DNA of 64,000 nucleotides from an uncultured Actinomycetes bacterium (lineage in GTDB: Bacteria; Actinomycetota; Thermoleophilia; Gaiellales; JAICJC01): positions 1,152,334 through 1,216,333 of the forward strand of contig CAWGSU010000004.1 in the NCBI GenBank assembly GCA_963825325.1. Direction: 5' to 3'. The notes under the pieces are model-generated. The model ran no database searches. It saw only the letters and a list, made by a program, of their open reading frames with translations, and was not told where the DNA came from. Below are positions 15,633-25,499 of the stretch, one piece after another; positions within the stretch are counted from its first letter, which is position 1, and every line of letters starts with the position of its first letter. Made by a program: the position numbers and the translations under genes.

Positions 15633-16736
15633 TCAGCGGTCGCGCAGGCGGCCGATGCGCTCGTTCGCGCCCGAGGCCCAGCACGCGCCGCCCGGCGTGC
15701 ACGCGACCGCGTCGAAGCTGCCGGCGTCGAACTGCGTCCACGCAAAGCCGCCGTCGGTGGTGATGTCGCTGCCGGTCAGGCCGACCGCGAGCGCCGTGCC
15801 TGACGTGTGCGGCACCCACGTCGCGCCGGAGCGATAGCCGTCCGGGGCGGCACCCGCGGCGACGAGCGTCCAGGTGCGGCCGCCGTCGCCGGTCAGCGCG
15901 AGCGCGCGCGGCGCCGTCGCCGGTGTGGCGAAGTCGCCGCCGATCGCGAGGCCCTGCGCCTGCGACCGGAAAGCGACCGCGAACACGCCGGCGCTCGCGC
16001 CGCGGTGAAGCGGCGTCTGGGACACCTTCCAGGTGCGGCCGCCGTCGGCGGAGCGGTACACGCGCGAGCCGGCTGGGCCGCCGCTGCCGAACCAGGCGTG
16101 GCGGTGGCCCGAGGTCGTGATGCACTCGTTGCTCGCGGCGAAGCCGTACTCGTTCGGCGCGTGCGCCCTCGGCACGTTGCGGGCCGGGTCGATGCGCCAG
16201 CTGCGCCCGCCGTTCGCCGTGATCAGGATCCGGAAGCGCCCGTTCACGGGGTCGCTCAGGATCAGGCCGTGGCGGCGGTCGAAGAAGGCCATGCAGTCGT
16301 AGAACGCCTGCGGGTTCGCGTTGCGGTTCGTGATCCGCCAGTGCCTGCCGCCGTCGGCGGTGAGGTAGGTGCGGAAGTCTCCGGGCGCGTTTCCGATCGA
16401 CATCAGCACGGCGTGGTTGCGGTCAAACGCCTTCAGGCCGCGGAACTCGAGCGCGCTCGTGCCGGCTGGGCCGACGCTCTGCCATGCGCGGCCGCCGTTC
16501 GTGGTGCGAAGGACGGTGCCGTTGCTGCCGCTCGCCCACGCGACCCGGGCGCTCACGGGGCTGATCGCGCGCAGATCGGCGCTGCCGCCGTGATGGACGA
16601 CCTGCCAGTGCGGGCGGCCGTGCCCGGACGCCGTCGCCACGGCGGCTGCGAGCGCGGTCCCTGCCACGAGCATCACCACGCCGATTCGCGTCCCGATCGG
16701 CACCCTCCCCATGGCGGCCATCATACCCCGCCGCAC
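15633..16736 (-). CDS. Secreted BNR-repeat beta-propeller protein (Ycf48/sialidase-like fold)
   Basis: It has a signal-like N-terminus. Six S/T-x-D/N-G-G-x-x-W repeats are present (TTNGGRAW, TADGGRHW, TANGGRSW, SADGGRTW, TGDGGRTW, TTDGGFAW). Confidence 0.7.
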   Translation of the reverse strand: MRRGMMAAMGRVPIGTRIGVVMLVAGTALAAAVATASGHGRPHWQVVHHGGSADLRAISPVSARVAWASGSNGTVLRTTNGGRAWQSVGPAGTSALEFRGLKAFDRNHAVLMSIGNAPGDFRTYLTADGGRHWRITNRNANPQAFYDCMAFFDRRHGLILSDPVNGRFRILITANGGRSWRIDPARNVPRAHAPNEYGFAASNECITTSGHRHAWFGSGGPAGSRVYRSADGGRTWKVSQTPLHRGASAGVFAVAFRSQAQGLAIGGDFATPATAPRALALTGDGGRTWTLVAAGAAPDGYRSGATWVPHTSGTALAVGLTGSDITTDGGFAWTQFDAGSFDAVACTPGGACWASGANERIGRLRDR

Positions 16737-16769
16737 CGACCGCGGTCAGACCCCTTCTGGTGGACACGT

Positions 16770-16785
16770 TGTGAGCCGGCTCACA
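16770..16785. promoter_or_regulatory. Perfect canonical CRP-type box TGTGAGCCGGCTCACA
   Basis: This is a 16-bp perfect palindrome matching TGTGA-N6-TCACA. It lies in the divergent intergenic region between the BNR gene and the NHL gene. Confidence 0.5.
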
Positions 16786-16924
16786 CTCCCGCGGGCGCGG
16801 CCGATCCGGCGGCGCACGGCCGCGGTAGGCCTCCTACGGAGGCCGAGCCTTGGGGCCCGCGCAGCGTGCGCGCGTGGCGGGGGGTCGAGCGAGATCGCTC
16901 GCGGCCGCACCGGAGGGGGGCGGT

Positions 16925-18037
16925 ATGACCAAGAGACGGCTCATGGGTGTTGCGGTGGCGTGCGCCGCAACGGTGATGTGCCTGGGCGCCGCGGCTGCCC
17001 AGGGGGCGATGAGGGCGTTCGTCGGCCCGCTGCACTCGATCAAGGTGGTGGCGTCGACGGTGCCGGGCAACGGCGATGTGAACCCGTACGGGGTCGCCGT
17101 CGTCCCTCGCTCCACGGGGAGCCTGCACAAGGGCGACGTGCTGGTGTCGAACTTCAATGCGGCGTCGAACCTGCAGGGCACCGGCACCACGATCGTCCAG
17201 ATCAGCCCCGGCGGGCACCGTACGACGTTCGCGGCTCTGCGGTCGGGCATGCTGCCCGGGCGCTGCCCCGGCGGCGTCGGCCTCACGACGGCGCTCGGCG
17301 TGCTGCGCAGCGGCTGGGTGATCGTCGGCAGCCTGCCGACGGCCGACGGCTCCTCCGCCACGGCCCGCGCCGGCTGCCTGATCGTGCTCAACAGCCGCGG
17401 CCGTGCGGTCGAGACGCTCGCGGGCGGATCGATCAACGGCCCGTGGGACATGACGACCGTCGACCGCGGTGACGGCGCGACGCTCTTCGTCGCGAACGTG
17501 CTGAACGGCACCGTCGCGGCGGGCGGCGCGACCGTGAACCGCGGCACCGTCGTTCGCATCGGCCTGCGCACCCACGACGGCGGCATGCCGATGATGACCT
17601 CCGAGCGCGTGGTCGCCCGCGGGTTCGGCGAGCACAGCGACCCGGCCGCGCTTGTGGTGGGGCCGACCGGCCTCGCGCTCGGCGCCTCGGGGACGCTGTA
17701 CGTCGCCGACAGCGCCGGGAACCGCATCGCCGCGGTACCGGATGCGCTGCGGCGCGACCACGCGGCCTGGAGGGGCCGCACCGTCACGATGGACGGGGCG
17801 CTCAACGTCCCGCTGGGGCTGACCGTCGCCCCCGGCGGCGACATCCTCACGGTGAACGCGGGGGACGGCCGGCTCGTCGAGACGACGCCGGGTGGTCATC
17901 AGATCGCCGTGCGGTGGCTCGACACCTCGGGCTCGCCCGCGGGCTCCGGGGCGCTGTTCGGGCTCGCGATCCGGCCCGACCGGCACGCCGTCTGGTTCGT
18001 CGACGACGCGACGAACCAGCTCGACCTGCTGCACTAG
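16925..18037 (+). CDS. Secreted NHL-repeat / six-bladed beta-propeller protein
   Basis: The signal peptide reads MTKRRLMGVAVACAATVMCLGAAAAQGA. NHL-like repeats are present (TLYVADSAGNRIAAV, ATLFVANVLNGTV). Confidence 0.7.
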   Translation: MTKRRLMGVAVACAATVMCLGAAAAQGAMRAFVGPLHSIKVVASTVPGNGDVNPYGVAVVPRSTGSLHKGDVLVSNFNAASNLQGTGTTIVQISPGGHRTTFAALRSGMLPGRCPGGVGLTTALGVLRSGWVIVGSLPTADGSSATARAGCLIVLNSRGRAVETLAGGSINGPWDMTTVDRGDGATLFVANVLNGTVAAGGATVNRGTVVRIGLRTHDGGMPMMTSERVVARGFGEHSDPAALVVGPTGLALGASGTLYVADSAGNRIAAVPDALRRDHAAWRGRTVTMDGALNVPLGLTVAPGGDILTVNAGDGRLVETTPGGHQIAVRWLDTSGSPAGSGALFGLAIRPDRHAVWFVDDATNQLDLLH

Positions 18038-18052
18038 CGGCGGGTCTCACCG

Positions 18053-18086
18053 CCCCGGCCGGCGGCCTGCCCGCCGCCGGCCGGGG
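18053..18086 (+). terminator. GC-rich hairpin after the NHL gene
   Basis: The 13-bp perfect stem is CCCCGGCCGGCGG / CCGCCGGCCGGGG with an 8-nt loop, 16 nt after the stop. There is no clear U-tract. Confidence 0.5.
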
Positions 18087-18116
18087 CTGATCCGCGTGCG
18101 CGGTACGCTTGGGTGC

Positions 18117-18527
18117 GTGGGGTACCGCGTGACGACCATCGAGGCGCTCGCACCGGGCGTCTTCCGCAAGCTCCGCCACGAGCTCGCCGTCACCGCGTTC
18201 GGGGTGAACGCGATCGTGCTGCCGCCGGGAACGGAATGGTTCCACCATCTCCACCACGTGCAGGACGAGCTCTACTTCGTGCACGCGGGGACGGCCGGGT
18301 TCGAGGTCGGCGGTGAGCGGTTCGAGCTCGCACCGGGCGGTGCGGTGCACGTCGAGTCGACGACACCGCGCCGGTTCTGGAACGCGGGCGAGGACGAGCT
18401 CGTCCTGCTCGCGATCGGCGGAAAGGACGGCTACGTCGAGCGTGACGGCGAGATGGTCGACCCGGCCGACGTCGAGCGCCGGCGGCGGTTCTCGGCCGGC
18501 GACATCGACGCGATCCGGCGTCGCTGA
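18117..18527 (+). CDS. Cupin-domain protein
   Basis: The cupin motifs are HHLHHVQDELYFVHAGTAGFEV..GGAVHV. The start is uncertain (GTG 18117 or 18129). Confidence 0.75.
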   Translation: MGYRVTTIEALAPGVFRKLRHELAVTAFGVNAIVLPPGTEWFHHLHHVQDELYFVHAGTAGFEVGGERFELAPGGAVHVESTTPRRFWNAGEDELVLLAIGGKDGYVERDGEMVDPADVERRRRFSAGDIDAIRRR

Positions 18528-18544
18528 GCGGCTACGATCCGCGC

Positions 18545-18916
18545 ATGACGGCGGTGTCGTGGAAGGTGATCGAGCACGGCTGGGACGTTCTCTCGGCCGA
18601 CGGCGAGCACGTCGGCGTGGTGTTCCTCGTGGTCGGCGACGAGAACGAGGACATCTTCGACGGCCTCGCCATCACCCACCACGTAGGCTTCGCGTTCCAC
18701 AACTACGTCGACCGGCCCCACTACGTCGAGGCGGCCCAGGTGGGCGAGATCTCAGACAGCGGGCGCGTGAGCCTTCGGATCACCGCCGACGAGGCCCGTC
18801 ACCTGCCGTTGCACGACGTGCCGGAGAGCGCGCGGATCGAGCCCGACGCCGCGTCGCGCACCGATCGGCTCCGCACCTCGATCGAGCACCTGACGGGCGA
18901 AGACCGCACCAACTGA
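18545..18916 (+). CDS. PRC-barrel-like small protein (DUF2171-like)
   Basis: The N-terminal part reads WKVIEHGWDVLSADGEHVGVV..DIFDGLAI. The family call is from memory. Confidence 0.6.
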   Translation: MTAVSWKVIEHGWDVLSADGEHVGVVFLVVGDENEDIFDGLAITHHVGFAFHNYVDRPHYVEAAQVGEISDSGRVSLRITADEARHLPLHDVPESARIEPDAASRTDRLRTSIEHLTGEDRTN

Positions 18917-18921
18917 CCGGG

Positions 18922-20040
18922 TCAGAACTCGCCTTTCTCCTGCAGCCAGTAGGCGAACAGCGGGTCGGCGACGAGCGGCGTGCCCGCCACCCGGATCACC
19001 TCGGCCCGGCCCTCGAGCGCCTCGAGCGATGCCCGCACGCTGCCCTTCTTGAGCCCGACCGAGGTCAGCACGCGCGCGTCGTAGATCGTCCCCTTCTCGA
19101 GGGCGATTGCGAGTGCCAGCCGCTTCTCGTTCGTCGGCAGCGCCTCATAGCGCGCTCGCAGCAGCGGCCGGGCGCCGTCCGATGCCCGCCGCAGCGCCTC
19201 GAGCCATGCGCTCTCGTCGGACTTCGAGCCGCGCGGCGTGACCGCCCACAGATGGTGGGCGAGCAGCATCGTGCGCTGCGGATGGCCGCGGGTGAAGGCG
19301 ACCAGGGGGTCGAGCGCCTCGCCGGGATCGCGCCCGGTCGCGGTGAACCGGTGCAGGATCTCGCGGGCACACGCGTCCTCGGGCAGCGGCCGCAGCTCCT
19401 TCGGCAGGGCGTGCTCGAGGAACGGCCGCGAGGGATCCGAGAACAGCCGCTCCATCAGGCTCGGGGACGAGCCGGCGAAGATGTAGGACGCGGAGTCCGA
19501 CTGGTACTGGATCACGCTGCGGATGATCCCGTCCGCGCCGCGGACGTTCAGGATGTCCTGGATCTCGTCGAGCGCGATCACGCTGCGCACGCCGCTGCGC
19601 TCGAACAGCCGGGCGGGGAGCTCGAGCAGCTTCAGCAGCACGGGCTCGGCGTCCAGCGTGGGGTTGGACATCATCTTGACGGCGAACCCCGGCCCGCCGA
19701 ACGAGACGCCGATCTTCCACGTCTTCAGGATGTCGCTGGCCGCCGTGCGGATGCTGCCGCGCAGCGACCGGGCGTAGCCGCGCTCGAAGCGGGTGACGAT
19801 GGCCCCCATCGTGAGCACGTCCATGAGGTCGATGTGGGCGGTCGGCATGCCCTCGTCCTCGGCGACGGCAAGCACGCGCCCGAGCAGGCTGCTCTTGCCG
19901 TAGCGGCGCGGCGCGACCAGCCGGGAGGAGTGGCCGCCGGCGGCGAGGTCGAAGAGCTCCTGCGCCTCGTCCTCGCGGTCGATCATGTCGTCGGGCTTGA
20001 GCGGCCCCGACGTCTGGAAGGGGTTCAGGTCGCGCGCCAT
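18922..20040 (-). CDS. Orphan AAA ATPase with a C-terminal winged-helix-like tail (archaeal-ATPase / DUF234-like architecture)
   Basis: Walker A is APRRYGKSSLLG and Walker B is VIALDEIQDI. The C-terminus reads LKKGSVRASLEALEGRAEVI. Confidence 0.8.
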   Translation of the reverse strand: MARDLNPFQTSGPLKPDDMIDREDEAQELFDLAAGGHSSRLVAPRRYGKSSLLGRVLAVAEDEGMPTAHIDLMDVLTMGAIVTRFERGYARSLRGSIRTAASDILKTWKIGVSFGGPGFAVKMMSNPTLDAEPVLLKLLELPARLFERSGVRSVIALDEIQDILNVRGADGIIRSVIQYQSDSASYIFAGSSPSLMERLFSDPSRPFLEHALPKELRPLPEDACAREILHRFTATGRDPGEALDPLVAFTRGHPQRTMLLAHHLWAVTPRGSKSDESAWLEALRRASDGARPLLRARYEALPTNEKRLALAIALEKGTIYDARVLTSVGLKKGSVRASLEALEGRAEVIRVAGTPLVADPLFAYWLQEKGEF

Positions 20041-20046
20041 CGTTGC

Positions 20047-20055
20047 AGTATATCA
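20047..20055 (-). promoter_or_regulatory. Extended -10 (TGATATACT on the minus strand), 6 nt upstream of the ATPase ATG; suggests a leaderless mRNA
   Basis: The minus strand reads ..tttTGaTATACTgcaacgATG. I see no SD sequence between the -10 and the ATG. Confidence 0.35.
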
Positions 20056-20083
20056 AAAACCTACTGAACGGTATGGATATGAA

Positions 20084-20120
20084 ACACCGCCGGCCGGCCC
20101 CCGGCCGCGACCGCCGGTGT
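20084..20120 (-). terminator. GC hairpin downstream of the DUF899 gene
   Basis: ACACCG..CGGCCGG-ccc-CCGGCCG..CGGTGT is followed on the minus strand by TTTCATAT. Confidence 0.4.
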
Positions 20121-20174
20121 CATGAAAACCACCTGTGCGGTCGAGTATTTCCATACCGCGTCGGCGCGCCGGAC

Positions 20175-20924
20175 TCAGGCGGAGAAGTCGGGTGTCGCGT
20201 CGTGGGCGGCGGCGGCCCGGCCCTTGGGCTCCTCCCAGTCCTCCTGCCGGCCCAGGGCGGTCAGGTCGAGGAAGGTGTACGCCGCGGCGAGGTCCTCCTG
20301 GCCGCGGCCGTGGGTGGAGTTCGTATGGAAGATGCGGTCGTCGTCGCGCAGGAAGCAGCTCACGCCCGGCATCTCGAGCGGCTGCGGGGCGGTGGTGACC
20401 CAGCGCATCGACTCGGTCTGCTCGAGCTCCGCGCGCGTGCGGAAGTTCACCTCCATCGGCGCGACGGACTCGTCGATCGTGACGTGAAAGTCGTAGTTGA
20501 AGCTCGTCCCGTACGACGAGTACCAGGGCAGCGTCCAGCCCCGGCGCCGCCGGTAGGCCTCGAGCTTCGCACGCGGCGCGCGTGACACGAGCGCGAAGGA
20601 CGTCTCGCGCGCCGCGAGGTGGGCGAGCGTCCCGGCGGCGAGCTCGTCGACGGCCCCGGTGCAGCTCGGACAGCCGTCGTCCCACTCCGGGTCGAACATG
20701 AAGTGCTGGACGATCAGCTGGCGGTGGCCGCCGAACAGGTCGATCAGGCGCGCCTCGCCGTCGGGGCCGTCGAAGACGTAGTCGGTCTGCACCGGCACCA
20801 TCGGCAGGCGGCGGCGGTCGGCGTTCGCCGCATCGGCGGCCCGCGTCAGCTCCTTCTCACGCTGGAGCAGCTGCTTGCGGGCCCTGTGCCACTCGTCTCG
20901 CGACGCGATCTCGGGCAGGCTCAT
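20175..20924 (-). CDS. DUF899 thioredoxin-like protein
   Basis: Motifs seen are [21 protein letters not shown] and [17 protein letters not shown]. Confidence 0.85.
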   Translation of the reverse strand: MSLPEIASRDEWHRARKQLLQREKELTRAADAANADRRRLPMVPVQTDYVFDGPDGEARLIDLFGGHRQLIVQHFMFDPEWDDGCPSCTGAVDELAAGTLAHLAARETSFALVSRAPRAKLEAYRRRRGWTLPWYSSYGTSFNYDFHVTIDESVAPMEVNFRTRAELEQTESMRWVTTAPQPLEMPGVSCFLRDDDRIFHTNSTHGRGQEDLAAAYTFLDLTALGRQEDWEEPKGRAAAAHDATPDFSA

Positions 20925-21069
20925 GCGTGACCTCCGGTGGCTGGATGGTGGTTACAGGAGATGGACCACGCGAGTGGCCCGAACTCATCGCCGCCACCCT
21001 CAACTCGGCGCCGGCGGCGCCGATCACGCGACCTGCGGCTCGATTGGCGGCTCGGCGGAGGTGTGTGAG

Positions 21070-22797
21070 ATGGCAGGCGTTCTTCGTGACTTGCCCATTG
21101 GCCGAAAGCTGTACGGCAGCTTCGGCGTTGTTGTCCTGCTCCTGGCGGTGGTGGCCGGCGTCTCGCTGTGGGCGCAGGCGACAATGGGCGATGCGAGCCG
21201 GTCGGCCCGCACCGCCGCGCGCAGGGCCGAGGCCGCGGCCGACGTGCGCGGCCTGGCGTCGTACATCCACGAGTCGCAGACCCGCTTCGTGCTGACGGAC
21301 GGCGAGTCGTATCGCGATCATGTTGGCGATGTGCGGGCGTTCCGCGCCGGTCTGCACACGCTTGCCGGCGAGACCGTGACGCCGTCCGACCACGCCCGCC
21401 TGCAGGCGATCCGGCGCGGGTTCGCAACCGTGTCGAGGTTCGACCGCGTCCTGATCGGCAACGTCCGGGCCGGGCGGCGCACCGCCGCAAGAGCGATCGT
21501 CCAGGGCGGCGCCGACCACGCCGCCGACGTGCTCGCGACGGCCGCCGGCGCCTACCAGACGGCTGCCGACCGTGAGCAGGCCGCAGCCGACTCCCGGTTT
21601 GCCTCGACGCGTTCGCTGGCCACGTGGCTCGTCGGCGTCGTCTCGCTGATCGCCGCGCTTCTGGCCGGCGCGTTCGCGTTCCTCGTCGGCCGGGCGATCA
21701 CGCACGGCCTGCGCCCGGTGCTCGATCGGCTGACGATGCTGCGCCGGCACTGCGTCACCGATCTGAAGGCGGGGCTCGAGGCCATGGCGACGGGCGATCT
21801 CACGGTCGGCGTCACTCCGGTCACGCCGCCGATCTGCAATCCCGGCCGTGACGAGATCGGCCAGACCGCCGAGGCGGTCAACGCGATCGCCGCGGCGACG
21901 GTGGCGTCGGTGGATGCGTACAACCGCATGCGGGCCGAGTTGTCGGGGCTCGTCGCCAGGATCTCGGCGGTGGCCGGCTCGATCAGCGAGGCGTCGCAGG
22001 ACATCGCCACGACCTCCGAGGACGCCAGCCGTGCGGTCGGCGAGATCGCGACCGCGATCGGCGCGGTCGCGGCCGGCGCCGAGCGCCAGGCGCGCATGGT
22101 CGAGCTGGCGAATGCCACCACGACCCGCACGAGCGCGGCCGCAGAGCAGGCGCGCGAGGTGGCCGAGCGGGGCGCATCGTCTGCGGGCGAGGCGTCCACG
22201 GCGATGAGCGCGGTCGACGAGTCGACCGGCGAGGTGACCGCCGCGATGGAGCAGCTCGCCGGCAAGTCGGAGCAGATCGGCGGGATCGTCGAGACCATCA
22301 CCGGCCTCGCCGACCAGACGAACCTGCTGGCGCTGAACGCGGCCATCGAGGCCGCCCGCGCGGGCGAGCAGGGCCGCGGGTTTGCGGTCGTCGCCGAGGA
22401 GGTGCGCAAGCTCGCCGAGCAGTCGCACGCCGCCGCCCGCCGGATCGCAGACCTGATCGGCGAGATCCAGGCCGACACCGTTCGCGCCGTCCGTGTGGTC
22501 GAGGAGACCTCGGGCCGCACCGAGGCGGGCACCGCGGTCGTCGGCGCAGCGCGCGCTGCCTTCCTCGAGATCGATCACGCCGTCCGCACCGTCACGGGTC
22601 AGATCCACGAGATCGCCGCTGCGACGAGCGAGGTTGCGAACGTCGCCGTGCAGACGAGTGCGGCCACCGAGCAGGTGTCGGCGTCAACCGAGGAGACCAC
22701 GGCGAGCGCGCAGGAGCTGGCCGCGAGCGCCCACGAGCTCGCCGCCACGGCGGCGACGTTGGAGCAGCTCGTGTCGGGCTTCAGGACGACCGTCTAG
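21070..22797 (+). CDS. Methyl-accepting chemotaxis protein
   Basis: It has two TM segments and a HAMP domain. The signalling hairpin reads [42 protein letters not shown] 21070 gives the [15 protein letters not shown]-terminus. Confidence 0.9.
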   Translation: MAGVLRDLPIGRKLYGSFGVVVLLLAVVAGVSLWAQATMGDASRSARTAARRAEAAADVRGLASYIHESQTRFVLTDGESYRDHVGDVRAFRAGLHTLAGETVTPSDHARLQAIRRGFATVSRFDRVLIGNVRAGRRTAARAIVQGGADHAADVLATAAGAYQTAADREQAAADSRFASTRSLATWLVGVVSLIAALLAGAFAFLVGRAITHGLRPVLDRLTMLRRHCVTDLKAGLEAMATGDLTVGVTPVTPPICNPGRDEIGQTAEAVNAIAAATVASVDAYNRMRAELSGLVARISAVAGSISEASQDIATTSEDASRAVGEIATAIGAVAAGAERQARMVELANATTTRTSAAAEQAREVAERGASSAGEASTAMSAVDESTGEVTAAMEQLAGKSEQIGGIVETITGLADQTNLLALNAAIEAARAGEQGRGFAVVAEEVRKLAEQSHAAARRIADLIGEIQADTVRAVRVVEETSGRTEAGTAVVGAARAAFLEIDHAVRTVTGQIHEIAAATSEVANVAVQTSAATEQVSASTEETTASAQELAASAHELAATAATLEQLVSGFRTTV

Positions 22798-22982
22798 CGC
22801 GGCAGGCCGTCGCGGCGGGGGGCGCCCTCGAGGCCGGCGGCGGTGAGCCAGCCGACGAGGATCGCGATGACGCCGGCTGCGGTCACGGACATGTGCGCGG
22901 TCGCGAGGCCGGCCGTGACGATGACCACGCCGGCGCAGAGAAGTGCGACCGGAACCGCCGGCCTCGCCGTGAAATGGCGCAT
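22794..22982 (-). CDS. Possible small two-TM membrane protein (62 aa)
   Basis: Two hydrophobic stretches are present ([18 protein letters not shown] and [17 protein letters not shown]). No homology was recognised, so it could be spurious. Confidence 0.3.
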   Translation of the reverse strand: MRHFTARPAVPVALLCAGVVIVTAGLATAHMSVTAAGVIAILVGWLTAAGLEGAPRRDGLPR

Positions 22983-23048
22983 CCCCTGACCCTAGCGGCG
23001 GCGCGCCGCAGCGGCACTGGTGGTTTCCACCCATTCTGAGGGCGAGGG

Positions 23049-23054
23049 TATAGT
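23049..23054 (+). promoter_or_regulatory. -10-like TATAGT, 8 nt upstream of the patatin GTG (leaderless candidate)
   Basis: The sequence is gagggTATAGTgggccttcGTG, with no SD sequence. Confidence 0.3.
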
Positions 23055-23062
23055 GGGCCTTC

Positions 23063-25381
23063 GTGGCACCTGGCACGCAGGCGGTGGGACGCGACGAGCT
23101 GCGCGTCGCTCTGGTTCTGAACGGTGGGGTCAGCCTCGCCATCTGGATGAGCGGCGTCGTCACCGAGGTCGACGCGCTGCGCGCGACCGGCGCGCTCGAG
23201 CCGACGCTCGACTCCACCGCCCAGGCCTACCGCGCCCTCCGCACCCTGCTCGACCTGCGGGTCACGGTGGACGTGATCGCGGGGACGAGCGCGGGCGGCC
23301 TGAACGGCGCGCTGCTGGGCACGGCCATCGCGTGCGGGAACCGCCTGCGCGGCGTGCGCGAGCTGTGGATGGATGCCGGCAGCCTGAGGGGACTGCTGCG
23401 CACCGACCGGATGCCCGCGGTCTCGGTGCTCATGGGCGACGGCGTTGGCGATCGTCCCGGGCTGCTCGGGGCGGTGAGGGACGCGCTCAAGACCGCGTCG
23501 GAGCCCGAGGGGCCCGAGCCGCAGGCCGACGTCAGGCTGACGATGACGACGACGGGGATCCTGGGCGTGGCCGAGGACGAGCTGCAGGACAGCTATGGCG
23601 GCCGGGCCGAGCGGATCGAGCATCGCTGGCGTTTCCGCTTCGCGACCCCGCCGCCGGTCGGCCAGCCGCTGGCCGGCCGGGCGGCGATCGGCCGCGAGAG
23701 CGTCGAGGCGCTCGCCCGGGCGGCGCGGTCGAGCAGCTCGTTCCCGTTCGCGTTCGAGCCGAGCACGATCGATCCGAACGACACGGCCGTCCGCGCCGCG
23801 CTCCATACGCGCGGCGGCAAGCCGGTCTACCCCGCCGCGGGCCTGCCGGAGCACCGGAGCGTCGACGGGGGCGTCCTCGACAACTCGCCGCTCGACATCG
23901 TGCTCGACGACATCGCGCACCGGCCCGCCACCGACCTGGCCGCGCGGCGGGCGGTCGTGTTCGTCGTCCCCTACCCGGGTGTGACGGGCGACGCGGGAAC
24001 GGCCAAGTTCGATCTGCGGTCGGTGGCCGACACGACGTTCAACCTGCCGCGCGAGGTGCCCGATCTCGACAACCTGAACCAGGTCGCGACCTACCTGGCC
24101 GAGCACGGCGCGCGCATGCAGACCTACGACCGGCTCATGGCGGCCGCCGGACTCGAGGCGATCGCCACCGCGGTCGCCGGGCCGGCCGACTCGCCCACCC
24201 CCGCGCAGGCCCGACGCGTCGGGCGGCGGGTGCTCTCGCGGCTGCGCGCCGCCCGGGCCGACCTCTCGCCAGCGCCCGCTGACGATGCCCGGCGGGCCGA
24301 GCTGCGCACGCGCCAGCTCGACGTGCACCACGCGATCTCGCTCGCCGCCACCGATCCCGGTGCGGCGGCGGTCAGGGATCCGATCGTGGCCGGCCAGGCC
24401 GCCCTGACCGGGGACTCCGCGTCGTGGGAGCGCCTGGTCGCCGCGGACCGGATCCTGCATCCGGCGACGGGTCTCGGCGGCGACGACGACCAGGGTGACC
24501 TCGGGTTCACATTCATGCGGCTCTGCGCCGACGCGACGAATCCGGGCGCCTACGGTGACGAGGTCAACCCCATCGGCACCCGCGCGACGAGCCCAGGGGC
24601 GAAGCTCTACGGCCTCCAGCTGGGTCATTTCGCCGGGTTCGTGCGCCGCTCGTGGCGCGCGAACGACTGGATGTTCGGCCGCCTCGACGGCGCCGCCCGC
24701 GTCGTCGATCTGCTGCTCGATCCGCGCCTGCTGCGGCAGCAGGCGATCACGCGGGGAGGGATGCGCGCCGCGCTCGACGGCCTCGGCGCCGACCGGGAGC
24801 TGCTGCGCGATCGAGTGGCGGACGCGCTTCGCGCCGATGCCCTCCCCGACCCCTCCGGCGAGGACACCGCCGACGAGCAGGTGATCGCGGGGGCCGTCGA
24901 CGATGCGGCCCGGATCATGCCGGGCCGGGCGGCCGCGCGGCCGTCGGCCGGCGGTGAGACCCCGATCGCCGACGCCCCGTCGCGCGAGCTGCTCGTCTGG
25001 CGCCACGCCTGGCGGATCGTTCTGCAGACGGCGGTCATCCGGTCGGAGCTCAACCGGATCGGCGAGGCGATCGACCAGGACGAGCACGACGGGTTTCACC
25101 ACGACAACCCGCGCCCGGACACGGTGGTGGCAGACGCCCCCGACGCCGACTGGCTCGCCGCCTTTGGGCGCTATTACGGCCAGATCTCGGGAGCCGACGT
25201 GATCAAAAAGCTCGTCGCCGACGAGATGGCCGCCCCCAACGGCCACAGCCTCGAGGCCGACGGGATCCACCAGGCCTTCCGCATGGCCGCCGACGAGGCC
25301 GGCGGGCTGCCCTCGGTCGCGCGCCACCTCGCGTCGGTGTTCGACCACGTGTGGCGGCTCAAGGACAAGCTCGGCCTCTAA
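23063..25381 (+). CDS. Large patatin-like phospholipase (772 aa)
   Basis: The oxyanion motif is LVLNGGVSLAIW, the nucleophile elbow is AGTSAGGLNG, and the catalytic Asp motif is VDGGVLDNSPLD. A long C-terminal domain of unknown function follows. Confidence 0.85.
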   Translation: MAPGTQAVGRDELRVALVLNGGVSLAIWMSGVVTEVDALRATGALEPTLDSTAQAYRALRTLLDLRVTVDVIAGTSAGGLNGALLGTAIACGNRLRGVRELWMDAGSLRGLLRTDRMPAVSVLMGDGVGDRPGLLGAVRDALKTASEPEGPEPQADVRLTMTTTGILGVAEDELQDSYGGRAERIEHRWRFRFATPPPVGQPLAGRAAIGRESVEALARAARSSSSFPFAFEPSTIDPNDTAVRAALHTRGGKPVYPAAGLPEHRSVDGGVLDNSPLDIVLDDIAHRPATDLAARRAVVFVVPYPGVTGDAGTAKFDLRSVADTTFNLPREVPDLDNLNQVATYLAEHGARMQTYDRLMAAAGLEAIATAVAGPADSPTPAQARRVGRRVLSRLRAARADLSPAPADDARRAELRTRQLDVHHAISLAATDPGAAAVRDPIVAGQAALTGDSASWERLVAADRILHPATGLGGDDDQGDLGFTFMRLCADATNPGAYGDEVNPIGTRATSPGAKLYGLQLGHFAGFVRRSWRANDWMFGRLDGAARVVDLLLDPRLLRQQAITRGGMRAALDGLGADRELLRDRVADALRADALPDPSGEDTADEQVIAGAVDDAARIMPGRAAARPSAGGETPIADAPSRELLVWRHAWRIVLQTAVIRSELNRIGEAIDQDEHDGFHHDNPRPDTVVADAPDADWLAAFGRYYGQISGADVIKKLVADEMAAPNGHSLEADGIHQAFRMAADEAGGLPSVARHLASVFDHVWRLKDKLGL

Positions 25382-25499
25382 CCGGCGCTCCGGAAGTGCT
25401 GACGCTCACACATGGTCCGTGACCGTCGGAGCAGACGGTGGACTGACCGCACCCTAGCCTCGGTGCATGCCCTCAGCGACCGAGGAAGGAGCGCGACAC

